This document shows, piece after piece, positions 32,542-42,462 of a DNA stretch of 64,000 nt. Made by a program: the position numbers and the translations under genes. This stretch comes from Macrostomum lignano. Taxonomy: Eukaryota. Every line of letters starts with the position of its first letter. Position 1 is the first letter of the stretch. The stretch lies in assembly GCA_002269645.1 (NCBI GenBank), contig NIVC01003139.1, positions 53,639-117,638 on the forward strand, read 5' to 3'. The notes beneath the pieces are model-generated. The model saw only the letters and a list, made by a program, of their open reading frames with translations, was not told the origin of the DNA and searched no databases.

Positions 32542-35500
32542 ATTCTTATTATTTTAGCCAAATAGGCAGATAGATACGCCGAAATCAGCCTTACCTCTGC
32601 GCACGAAAACGCATCACCTGCAACGCCGTCGCACCCGCTGCTCGCTGAACTCCGCCTCACAAGCCTAAAAGATGCACTCGTCACTTTAAACTCTATTAAA
32701 ATACTATATTACGTTCGTATTTTATCCGCATTTTCAGCACCTGACGCACTTTCGCTTAATTTATATTACTGCTATTGCCAACCTTTCCTTTTTATTTGTC
32801 GTGACTTTGTATAAGATAAAGCCCGCAACTTTGCTTCAAGAACGTGTCGTATAAAACTTCCTATTAATATAAAACCCTGATAGTTTAACAGTTTAACTAT
32901 TTTTAGACGTACACATGACCTAGATCAACCCCCAGCAGTATTAAAACTCTTCAAATGTACACCCATCCTAGAACAACCCGCTGAAATAATAAAACTCTTT
33001 CCAAATGTACACACGCCCTAGACCAACCCGCAGCAATAATAAAACTCTCTCCAAATGTACACAAGCCCTAGACCAACCCGCAGCAATAATAAAACTCTCA
33101 CCAAATGTACACAAGCCCTAGACCAACCCGCAGCAATGATAAAACTCTCACCAAATGTACACAAGCCCTAGACCAACCCGCAACAATAATAAAACTCTCA
33201 CCAAATGTACACAAGCCCTAGACCAACCCGCAGCAATAATAAAACTCTCACCAAATGTACACAAGCCCTAGACCAAACTGCAGCAATAATAAAACTCTCA
33301 CCAAATGTACACAAGCCCTAGACCAACCCGCAGCAATAATAAAACTCTCACCAAATGTACACAAGCCCTAGACCAAACTGCAGCAATAATAAAACTCTCA
33401 TCAAATGTACACAAGCCCTAGACCAAACTGCAGCAATAATAAAACTCTCACCAAATGTACACAAGCCCTAGACCAAACTGCAGCAATAATAAAACTCTCA
33501 CCAAATGTACACAAGCCCTAGACCAACCCGCAGCAATGATAAAACTCTCACCAAATGTACACAAGCCCTAGACCAACCCGCAACAATAATAAAACTCTCA
33601 CCAAATGTACACAAGCCCTAGACCAACCCGCAGCAATAATAAAACTCTCACCAAATGTACACAAGCCCTAGACCAAACTGCAGCAATAATAAAACTCTCA
33701 CCAAATGTACACAAGCCCTAGACCAACCCGCAGCAATAATAAAACTCTCACCAAATGTACACAAGCCCTAGACCAAACTGCAGCAATAATAAAACTCTCA
33801 TCAAACGTACACAAGCCCTAGACCAAACTGCAGCAATAATAAAACTCTCACCAAATGTACACAAGCCCTAGACCAAACTGCAGCAATAATAAAACTCTCA
33901 CCAAATGTACACAAGCCCTAGACCAAACTGCAGCAATAATAAAACTCTCTCCAAATGTACACAAGCCCTAGACCAAACTGCAGCAATAATAAAACTCTCA
34001 CCAAATGTACACAAGCCCTAGACCAAACTGCAGCAATAATAAAACTCTCTCCAAATGTACACAAGCCCTAGACCAAACTGCAGCAATAATAAAACTCTCT
34101 CCAAATGTACACAAGCCCTAGACCAAACTGCAGCAATAATAAAACTCTTACCAAATGTACACAAGCCCTAGACCAAACAACCAGAAAACCGTGTCCCAGA
34201 CCATTTAATATACATGTACTGTACTCTCAAAATCAGCCAAGCAATGCCTAACAACTCGTCAAACCCTGAACCTATTTCAATAGTTCATTCTCGGAAGACC
34301 TGCAACAGCTGACGCCCGCTCCTTCTGTTAGCGGCTCCGCAACAGTTGCTACTAGCGGCGGCAGCGTTACTCCAATTGATGGTAGAATTGCTACGGGCGA
34401 TAGCCGTAGTACTATGGAACTGCTCAATCCCGGGGGTTAGTTTACGATTTTTTCATTCTATTTGAGTACCAAGGAAAAATTACTCGTTTGTTATTGCATT
34501 CTACTATTTCTTACTGCTCTACTAATAGTAGTCCGTAGCAATTTAATGTATAATAATAATGTACAATTCCAGACTCAGTCAGCATCGGTGGAGACGCAGC
34601 GCCAGCCGCAACAGGCGGCACATTCCAGTGCGACTTGCTCAGCCTTAGCGGCATTCAAAAACTGCCCGGAGGCGAGCGGGTCTATATCAAGATCAAAGGC
34701 GATACGTGAGTGTCCTTTGGAACAAATTTTTTGCCTGTGTCACTCTAGACTCTCGGATTTGATTTCTTTACTAAATTATTGCAGATTTCCAATCAAATTT
34801 ATCTGTCTTGCTTGTTTTCGATTCACAATCTTAATACGCTCCTTCATCTGCCCCTGGATCCGCCCCTGCATCCGCTGTATTATCCGCCCCTGCATCCGTT
34901 TTTTCCACCCCTGCATCCGCTCTTTTTATCCGCCCCTGCATCCGCTCTTTTATCCGCCCCTGCATCCGCTCTTATATCCGCCCCTGCATCCTCCCCTGCA
35001 TCCGCTCTTTTATCCGCCCCTGTATCCGCTGTATTATCCGCCCCTGCATCCATTTTTTCTGCCCCTGCATTCACTTTTTTATCCGCCCCTGCATCCGCCC
35101 CTGCATCCGCTCTTTTATCCGCCCCTGTATCCGCTGTATTATCCGCCCCTGCATCCGTTTTTTCTGCCCCTGCATCCCCTCTTTTATCCGCCTTTGCATC
35201 CGCTTTTTTCCACTACTGCATCCGCTGTTTGATCCGCCCCTGCATCCGCTCTTTTTATCCGCCCCTGCATCCGCTCTTTTATCCGCCTTTGCATCCGCTT
35301 TTTTCCACTACTGCATCCGCTGTTTGATCCGCCCCTGCATCCGCTCTTTTTATCCGCCCCTGCATCCGCTCTTTTATCCGCCTTTGCATCCGCTCTTTTA
35401 TCCGCCTTTGCATCCGCTCTTGCATCCGCCCCTGCATGCGCTCTTTTATCCGCCTTTGCATCCGCTCTTTTATCAGCCCCTGCATCCACCCTGCATCCGC

Positions 35501-37273
35501 TTTTTTATCCGCCCCTGCATCCACCCCTGCATCCGCTTTTTTATCCGCCCCTGCATCCGCTGTATTATCCGCCCCTGCATCCGCTGTATTATCCGCCCCT
35601 GCATCCGTTTTTTCCACCCCTGCATCCGCTCTTTTTTTCCGCCCCTGCATCCGCTCTTTTATCCGCCCCTGCATCCGCTCTTTTTATCCGCCCCTGCATC
35701 CGCTCTTTTATCAGCCCCTGCATCCACCCCTGCATCCGCTTTTTTATCCGCCCCTGCATCCGCTGTATTATCCGCCCCTGCATCCGTTTTTTCCACCCCT
35801 GCATCCGCTCTTTTTTTCCGCCCCTGCATCCGCTCTTTTATCCGCCCCTGCATCCGCTCTTTTTATCCGCCCCTGCATCCGCTCTTTTATCCGCCCCCGC
35901 ATCCGCCCCTGCATCCGCTCTTTTATCCGCCTTTGTATCCGCTCTTTTATCCGGCCCTGCATCCGCCCCTGCATCCGCTCTTTTATCCGCCCCTGCATCC
36001 GCCCCTGCATCCGCTCTTTTATCCGCCTTTGCATCCGCTCTTTTATCCGCCTTTGCATCCGCTCTTTTATCCGCCCCTGCATCCGTTTTTTCCACCCCTG
36101 CATCCGCTCTTTTTATCCGCCCCTGCATCCGCTCTTTTATCCGCCCCTGCATCCGCTCTTTTATCCGCCCCTGCATCCGGTCTTTTATCCGCCCCTGCAT
36201 CCGCTCTTTTATTCGCCCCTGCATCCGCTCTTTTATCAGCCCCTGCATCCACCCCTGCATCCGCTTTTTTATCCGCCCCTGCATCCGCTGTATTATCCGC
36301 CCCTGCATCCGCTCTTTTTATCCGCCCCTGCATCCGCTCTTTTATCCGCCCCTGCATCCGCTCTTTTATCCGCCTTTGCATCCGCTCTTTTATCCGCCCC
36401 TGTATCTGTCCCTGCATCCACTCTTTTATCCGCCTCTGCATCCGTTTTTTCCACCCCTGCATCCGCTCTTTTTATCCGCCCCTGCATCCGCTCTTTTTAT
36501 CCGCCCCTGCATCCGCTCTTTCATCCGCCCCTGCATCCGCTCTTTTATCCGCCCCTGCATCCGCTCTTTCACCCGCCCCTGCATCCGCTCTTTTATCCGC
36601 CCCTGCATCCGCTCTTTTACCCGCCCCTGCATCCGCCCCTGCATCCGCCCCTGCATCCGCTCTTTTATCCGCCCCTGCATCCGCCCCTGCATCCGCTCTT
36701 TTATCCGCCTTTGCATCCACTCTTTTTTCCGCCCCTGCATCCGCTCTTTCATCCGCCCCTGCATCCGCTCTTTTCATCCGTCCTTGCATCCGCTCTTTCA
36801 TCCGCCCCCCGCATCCGCCCCATCATTGCAGCAGTCGCCGTGGCGGGATCGGAGGCCGCGATCTGTACAAGACTCGCTCCTACGATCTGCCAGCGTCACC
36901 AGACGGGGTGCTGAACCTGGACTCCGCTGAGTCGTTCCGCTTGAACGCGGACAGCTTGAGCACCCTCAGTGTTTTATTAAAAAGCTCCAACAAGCATAAA
37001 AACATCGATTTGAGTTCGCACAGCGTGCCCAATCTTGTTGCTTGGGCTGGCGGTCCGCCGGTAGGAGTGGCTCTTCCGGAGTGCGGCGCCTCGCTGGCGC
37101 TGCGGCTGACGAGGCTGCCTCCGGCCTCTGATGGCAGCGGTGGCGGCGGCAGCGGCGGCGGCTTCGGGTCGCTTCTGAGGCGTCGGGCGGGCAGCAGCAA
37201 GAAGTCGGGATTTCGAAACAGCGCCAACATTTCCGCCGGTTCGGTTAAGGACGAAACTGGATCGAATGTTTGA
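12294..37273 (+). CDS. Extended-synaptotagmin/tricalbin-like protein: N-terminal hydrophobic anchor, SMP domain, about 7 C2 domains; about 1558 aa, 27 exons
   Basis: Exons by eye: 12294-12426, 12889-13235, 14762-15175, 15865-16191, 16744-16844, 17282-17391, 17962-18068, 18163-18246, 18718-18807, 18892-19027, 19532-19617, 20327-20393, 21532-21734, 21895-21981, 22470-22820, 23030-23119, 23505-23648, 25251-25457, 27328-27405, 28563-28718, 29447-29621, 30188-30390, 31000-31089, 31549-31712, 34284-34435, 34573-34705, 36832-37273. All GT-AG, phases match, total 4677 nt (divisible by 3). SMP start ESAEWLNFLVNRWW...LERFSLGEDTP; C2 motifs GMDRTGQSDPY, AMDRGGTSDPF, AADLGGTSDPF, AADFGGTSDPY. The last four exons are less certain. 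Confidence 0.85.
12680..12830 (+). repeat. C/A-rich intronic repeat (TACCACACACT-based)
   Basis: Short tandem copies before the acceptor at 12888. Confidence 0.8.
13236..14730 (+). repeat. Intronic minisatellite, about 29-bp unit GGGATTGAGTGTGGGGTTTCTGGGTGTGT
   Basis: Begins at the donor GT itself and fills the intron; about 50 copies. Confidence 0.95.
15190..15560 (+). repeat. Intronic minisatellite, 24-bp unit CTATTAGGACTGTAATTAGGGAGT
   Basis: Tandem copies degenerating 3'; explains (IRESIRTV)n. Confidence 0.92.
16200..16635 (+). repeat. Intronic minisatellite, about 21-bp unit CCGGGGATTGTGTGTCCGGGT
   Basis: Tandem copies immediately after the donor at 16192. Confidence 0.93.
16915..17160 (+). 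repeat. Degenerate about 38-bp array, 7 copies with palindromic GGTCACATGACC core
   Basis: Cores at about 16919, 16957, 16994, 17032, 17070, 17108, 17146. Confidence 0.8.
18375..18590 (+). repeat. Intronic 58-bp tandem repeat, about 4 copies
   Basis: CCCTAGCTCGTCTCTCATTGGCTTTGGACTTCATAGTCAGACCCCAGAATTTCTCTGT. Confidence 0.9.
20610..21060 (+). repeat. Intronic 50-bp tandem repeat, about 9 copies
   Basis: TCGGTCAGTAGTTAATGCGTCACCATGATTCCATTTCTGGGGAGGGGTTG, no spacers. Confidence 0.95.
21170..21473 (-). mobile_element. tRNA-derived SINE, copy 2 (full-length)
   Basis: Minus strand reads GGGGTTGCTGCCCAGTGGTTAGAGCGTCGGACTC...GGGGGTTCGATTCTCGATCCC (A- and B-box-like), then GTCCTTGAGCAAGGCACT...CACCCAGCTGTAAAATGGGTGCC body and ATT/AGT tail; homologous to 5765-6020. 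Confidence 0.8.
23190..23460 (+). repeat. (ATCA)n-type microsatellite
   Basis: Direct reading, upstream of the acceptor at 23504. Confidence 0.9.
23660..25150 (+). repeat. Intronic minisatellite, 21-bp unit TGAGTGTCGGTTTCTGATATT
   Basis: About 70 copies; explains (LIFECRF)n ORFs. Confidence 0.96.
25585..27060 (+). repeat. Intronic minisatellite, 21-bp unit GAGAGTGAGACAGGTGTATGA with higher-order duplications
   Basis: Tandem copies; explains (VYERVRQ)n ORFs recurring every 240-310 bp. Confidence 0.95.
27890..28095 (+). repeat. (GATT)n-type microsatellite
   Basis: Direct reading. Confidence 0.88.
30440..30830 (+). repeat. Degenerate GGGATTT-based low-complexity array
   Basis: Recurrent GGGATT/GGATTT motifs after the donor at 30391. 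Confidence 0.8.
31185..31520 (+). repeat. Intronic 32-bp tandem repeat CACCCATAGAATCTCATAGTTTCTTAACATTT
   Basis: About 9 near-perfect copies before the acceptor at 31548. Confidence 0.95.
31549..32073 (+). CDS. Possible alternative terminal exon (read-through of donor 31713) giving a 6-C2 isoform of about 1436 aa
   Basis: Frame stays open 120 codons past the GTTTGT donor with protein-like composition, ending QQQQ...GGGGGGGGGGAVKLRRRTTSLLRFLAPRGPRRTV*. Confidence 0.5.
   Translation, partial: KDDSMLKLAGKNVTSGHLLVRCRRSPGVNVGRDASGANVNKAAAAAAGSQPNPPRFVASRLHDVEKLHSNVANGVDGNFRVKLETNNSKYGKVYRISRSSDSILERDDCREENSAADAKEEDLQQQQEKQQQSILLGAEQGGGGGGGGGGAVKLRRRTTSLLRFLAPRGPRRTV
32205..32540 (+). repeat. 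(CTGT)n microsatellite
   Basis: Direct reading. Confidence 0.96.
32960..34180 (+). repeat. Intronic 50-bp tandem repeat CCAAATGTACACAAGCCCTAGACCAACCCGCAGCAATAATAAAACTCTCA
   Basis: About 24 copies, two variants (CAACCCG and CAAACTG). Confidence 0.96.
34850..36820 (+). repeat. Intronic minisatellite, about 24-bp unit CCGCCCCTGCATCCGCTCTTTTAT
   Basis: About 2 kb array ending at the acceptor 36831; explains ORFs 34462-36930. Confidence 0.95.
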
Positions 37274-37279
37274 TAGGGG

Positions 37280-37510
37280 GACTGCGAGGGAGCGGATTCC
37301 TGGTTGTGAGGGAGCGGATTCCTGATTGTGAGGGAGTGGATTCCTTAATGTGAAGGAGCGGATTCCTGGTTGTGAGGGAGCGGATTTCTTGATTGTAAGG
37401 GAGCGGATTTCTTGATTGTGAGGAGCGGATTCCTTAATGTGAGGGGGCGGATTCCTTATTGTGAGGGAGCAGATTTCCTTAATTCGGAAAGAGCAGATTT
37501 CTTCCTGCAA
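37280..37510 (+). repeat. About 22-bp tandem repeat GAGCGGATTCCTGGTTGTGAGG just after the stop codon
   Basis: About 9 diverged copies. Confidence 0.85.
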
Positions 37511-38664
37511 GGATCGGATTTCTGATGCAGAGTGGTCAGGTTCCCTAATGCTAGAGTCGTTGATTTCCCACAGGGCTAATACTTAGTGCCTTTTTTAGTA
37601 TCGTAACTCAGAAGAATCATGTTAAAATGATTAGCATGTTAGAAAACCTTCCTTGTCCCATTGTCAGAGAAATTGTGCAAGCGGAAAATTAGTTATTTAG
37701 GAGTATTTATCTTGGCTTTTGTTATAATTTTAATCAAGTTGCACTGCTGTTTACATTAATTTCAATCGCTAGTGTAAATATATACTTTTTTACTGTTAAA
37801 TTTACATTTTATATTAAACAGAGTTCCTATAGCACTACTTGACACTTTTACCCATCAGTAGTGTATTGAAATTATTTATAATTCTAAGAAGTACTTCTTT
37901 ATTTCTGCTGCATTCTGCAGGTCGGAGATTAAACTGTGTTAATTTCTGTGTTTTTACAGTTCATTTTATTATTGCACCGCACAAAGTAGTTCCAAAAGTA
38001 GACTTCATTCATAATTCTTATCAATAGAAGATTTCACTTCTACAATCCTGTGCGGCCTTGCCAGTTTAACCATTATTTTTTCTATATCGCTGTGAAATGC
38101 TAGAATGACTTTTTTTCCAATTTTTCATTTTTCTATTTTTTACCCAGCAAAGGTGAACACAATTTTTGAATCTCATTTCTATTTCTATGCTTTTTCTGCA
38201 CAAGCTACAACCAAATTATTTATTTTGTTTAAATTCCGATTTTTCTGCTCCTCAAGATCGAGCCACACTATTTTTTCTTGATTTGAAAAGGTGCCAATTT
38301 GTGTCTGCATAACACGGTTATTTGTTTAATTTTTTCTTAACAGAATGGCTTGCGTTTTGTATGGCTTTTATTCGTAAAATTTATGTTAATTCTATTTGGG
38401 TACTTGATGAACTTATTAAACATAATTGCACTATTTAATGTGCAGCACTAATAATGAATAAATGAATAAAATTAAAAGCAGTGGCACTCCAGTTTGCTCT
38501 TAAATGTTGCACAGGAATAAAAGATTACCGTTTTCATAATAGGAACAAAATATAACAAATTTTTCCTACGTTTTTACTGCGTGTTGCTTTTCAATAATGT
38601 TGTGTATTTATTAAAAACTATTATAGTTTGGTAGCACAGAACATGTATTGAACATATTTTTGCC

Positions 38665-39450
38665 AGGAAGAGCCAAGAAGACCAAGTGAAGAGACATGAT
38701 GGCTCGGTCACGGAGAGCTCGAAAGAGACTCAAAGCTGATGCTCAGCAGTTTCTTCCAAAAATCCCCGACCCAGCAGGGCCCGCTTGACCAACACCAAGT
38801 CTAGTAGAGCGGCAAGGTCCTTTAAAACCCGTTCAAGGCGCCTGGGCCCGACGGCATCTACACAGCGTTCTTGCACGAGGCGGTGAAAAACCACCGCTTT
38901 CTGGACCTCCTCTGTTGTCTCCTCCGAGCTTGTGTGGAGCTGGGCTATGTACCAGTTGCGTGGAGAGAGGCCCGGGTGGCCTTTATCCTCAAGCCTAGGA
39001 AAAGCGACAACCAATCGGTGAAGGCCTTCAGGCCTATTAGGTTCACCTCTTTCTGCCTTAAGCTCCTGGAAAGGCTGGTGCTTTGGCGCCTACTCTCGGT
39101 CGAGCTGAAGCGCTTCCCACTCTCACAGAACCAGCACGCATCGCACGCGGGCAGGTCCACTGAAAGTGCCCTCCATGTCATTGTTGTCTTCCTGGAGATC
39201 AGGGCCGTTCCTGACGGCGGCTATGCCCTCTCTCTTTTCCTGGACATTGAGGGGGCCTTTGATAATGTCAACTTCGAGGCCTTTTGGCGGAGCCCTGAAA
39301 TCCAGGGCCATCCACCCCTCACCTGTCCGGTCGATCATCTTCATGATTCGGAACCGCACTGTTGTGGCAGCTCGCAAGCGGCACCTGTCCAGAAAGGGGA
39401 CCTCGGGTACAGTAGGGATCCTACCCCTGTTCGTAAAATTTCAACTTCAA
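38665..39450 (+). pseudogene. Decayed non-LTR retrotransposon RT fragment (LOA/R1-like)
   Basis: KRHDGSVTESSKET, APGPDGIY, VPVAWREARVAFILKP, FRPIRFTSFCLKLLERL, GRSTESALH, LFLDIEGAFDNV; frameshifts near 38750 and 39290; PQG and YADD regions degenerate or absent. Confidence 0.8.
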
Positions 39451-40024
39451 ATTGCCGCCGTCCGTAACTTGGCACTCGTAAAGCCGGAAAGTTGCACGGA
39501 CTTGTTCAGGTCGATTTCCGTCTGCCGGGTCCTCAATTCCGGGGGAGAGTAGTCGTGATCCGCAGTCGAGCCGTCGTTTTGCAGGCACGATCGTTCAGTT
39601 GGGTCCTCAGACACCGTAAATTCGCCGATTTGCTTAGCTGATTACTTTCAGTAGAGTAGCGCTGCCACCACCGTAATTTCGTATTACGGAACGTTGAGAT
39701 CTCAGAGCTCGTTCGGAGTTGAGATAATTTGTGTTTTTCGCCTCACGGGCAAATAACTCAAGATAAACTATCAGGGGATTCAAATTAAAATGTGAATAAC
39801 TGTGAATAAATGTGAATGTTAAGATTTATTAATTATTAAAATAAGCCGACCGATTATTATTTATCAAACGAGACTTCCGGCGGTGCCGAGGTGCTGGTTA
39901 AATATTTTTAATAGTGGTTAAACAAGTTGCCGTAGGCTATTAGTGTCGCGTAATGTACAATGAAACAATAAAAATTAAGGAAAACTTAAGAGAAATTTCA
40001 GGCAAAACTTAAGGGGGAAATCGG

Positions 40025-40295
40025 GGGAACAAAACAGAGGCAACAGAGGAAACAAAACAGAGGCAACAGAGGGAACAAAACAGAGGCAACAGAGGAAACA
40101 CAACAGAGGCAACAGAGGAAACAAAACAGAGGCAACAGAGGGAACAAAACAGAGGCAACAGAGGAAACAAAACAGAGGCAACAGAGGGAACAAAACAGAG
40201 GCAACAGAGGAAACACAACAGAGGCAACAGAGGGAACACAACAGAGGCAACAGAGGGAACAAAACAGAGGCAACAGAGGGAACAAAACAGAGGCA
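40025..40295 (+). repeat. 23-bp tandem repeat AAAACAGAGGCAACAGAGGRAAC
   Basis: About 11 copies. Confidence 0.93.
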
Positions 40296-42462
40296 TGCAA
40301 ATCGTGCGGCCAAATCAGGCCATATAAATAACGCAAAAATATAATAACCGGCATGTGGGGCAGACGATGAGGCGCAGGATGGGGCAGCCACAGGGGCAAG
40401 GGATGGGGCGACAGAAGGACGGGAAAACCACCGACAGAGCAATGTGAGTCACTGGAAGCCGTCTATCGTTTAACCATAAGTGGTAGATCGCCCTACCACA
40501 CTTTTACTTAATTTGGAACTTTTACTCGTAATGCGCGAAGGGGAAAAGAAGCTTCTAGAAGCTAGGTACGTTGGAATAACATTGCAACAAACCTACCCGT
40601 GCAGTTGAAGCTTGCGGGTTAAACGGGCTGCTTGGTCAGGCCTTCACAAGTGAACCCCCAGAAGCAGCGCTACTCGCCGGGAATTCGGGGATCCTGATAT
40701 CTTTGGATCTGTCCACAGCAGCATCTGGCGACTGGCTCTCACCTGGGATGCGGGGGTTTCTCTCTTCTCGCAATCCAGAGATGCAATATCGATCCCTCGC
40801 GGTTGCCTACAGCGGCCCCACCTAAAGGGTAGTTTACGTCAGGGGTGATGGTCTCTGATCGGAGGCCTGATCCAACTAAAGGTAACCCCAGGCCTTGCAT
40901 GTGGTTGAGTGAAGCTTTGCAGTATGGGACTCCCAAAATGTGTTCGCCCCTAGCTGATGGCGCCCAATCTTACATGTAACTCTTATGGCTTTTATAGACT
41001 CACCCTCCGGCCAACCCAATAAGTCTGCGAATCTTCTTGACGCAGCCCCAAATATTTTTAGCTTTGTGCTACGAAAAGGGGTTGGCCCGGGTCTAGTAGC
41101 CCTGGTGGACCTACCCCTCTACAGAGCCGCTCCCCGGGCTGATCTGCGTCTAGACCCCCCCGTTAACAACAAACGGTTGGTTACAGATGTAGCAAAAATG
41201 TTTAAAAATGGATCATACACGTTGACAAAGCTAAATATTTGAAACGTGCGAAAAAAAGTTGTAATTTATAAGGAAAATAACATAATTATTACAAATGTTC
41301 ACGTACAAGACTTCTCTTCTAAGATTCGAGAGAAGATTCAATATGAGAAGATGATAAAGAAAACCATGGGCCAGACAAGGAAAAGTAAGTCAACCCCACT
41401 TATGCAGATCATATCATTAGAAAAACAATCCAACACCTGGAGTCTACGTGGCTACTATAATAGCTATAATGATGGCCTGCATTACTTAAAAATTCTCGAT
41501 AAAGATAAGGAACACAACCCAATAACATAAAGTCAAACTGAAATTAACCTTAATGAAAAACGACGGATTCATTTGCTAAAAAGTGCACAGAAACAAAATA
41601 TTTTTTTTAAATGAGTCAAAATAATAGCAAAACAAACACAAAAAATTAATAGAATAATTTAAACTTTATATGTGAGCGTTATATAGCTACATGAAGTGGC
41701 TAAAGCTTGAAATTATTGATATAACGATTATCAACATGTACGCTCGTACAAGCTATACGTGTGGCTTTGGAAAGTTATTATTAGTAAAACAATAATAGAA
41801 ACGCGTGATCACATGCAAGCAGCAAGTGAAAATTCGCGAATAAAAACAGAAGCAGAGCAAACAACAGAATTGAACAAAAACAAAACTTTTTTATCGACTT
41901 TCGTACGATTCGATTTTAACAATAACAATTTTTGCCCAAACCCTGGTCTTGGTATATAAAAGAAATGTTAATTGAGCAATTATACAAACTTATAACTACG
42001 AGTATTTGGCATGCACATGCAGCAGTCAGACAATCCATTGCAGTAAATTTCTCACTAATACGCTCGTACTGATATAATATATGGATTTTTAGCTGGGTTT
42101 CTGATTACCTATAGCAGTGTTAGATTTGAGAATCTTTGCTGAATATTTCAATCGATCGTTTTCAGAAGTGGTACGAGTATTCAGAATCAGAGCCTCTGAT
42201 TTAATTACTGCACTTTATTTACATTGCTTGGGTGGGAACTGTGAAGCTGCTGCATATTACATCCATGTTATAAAAATTGTCATTCCCAATGGTCTAAATT
42301 AGCATGAATGTTTTGTATGCATCAATTGAGAATAAAAAACAAACAGTTCCGCTTGTTTTACCCAAACTTGCTAAAACATGCAGTTTACGCTAGTCCAAAT
42401 TACGCTTGTCCAAAGGATCACTCCATGCAATTCATCAGTAGTGGCGCAAGAGTACAGTCCTC

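Noticed and set aside
32574-32712. Possible extra exon YAEISLTSAHENASPATPSHPLL
   Set aside because: The phase fits the 31712 donor, but the acceptor is purine-rich and no convincing phase-compatible donor was found; the model works without it.
41246-41530. 94-aa Lys/Ile-rich ORF
   Set aside because: GTG start, AT-rich composition, no motif or splice support.
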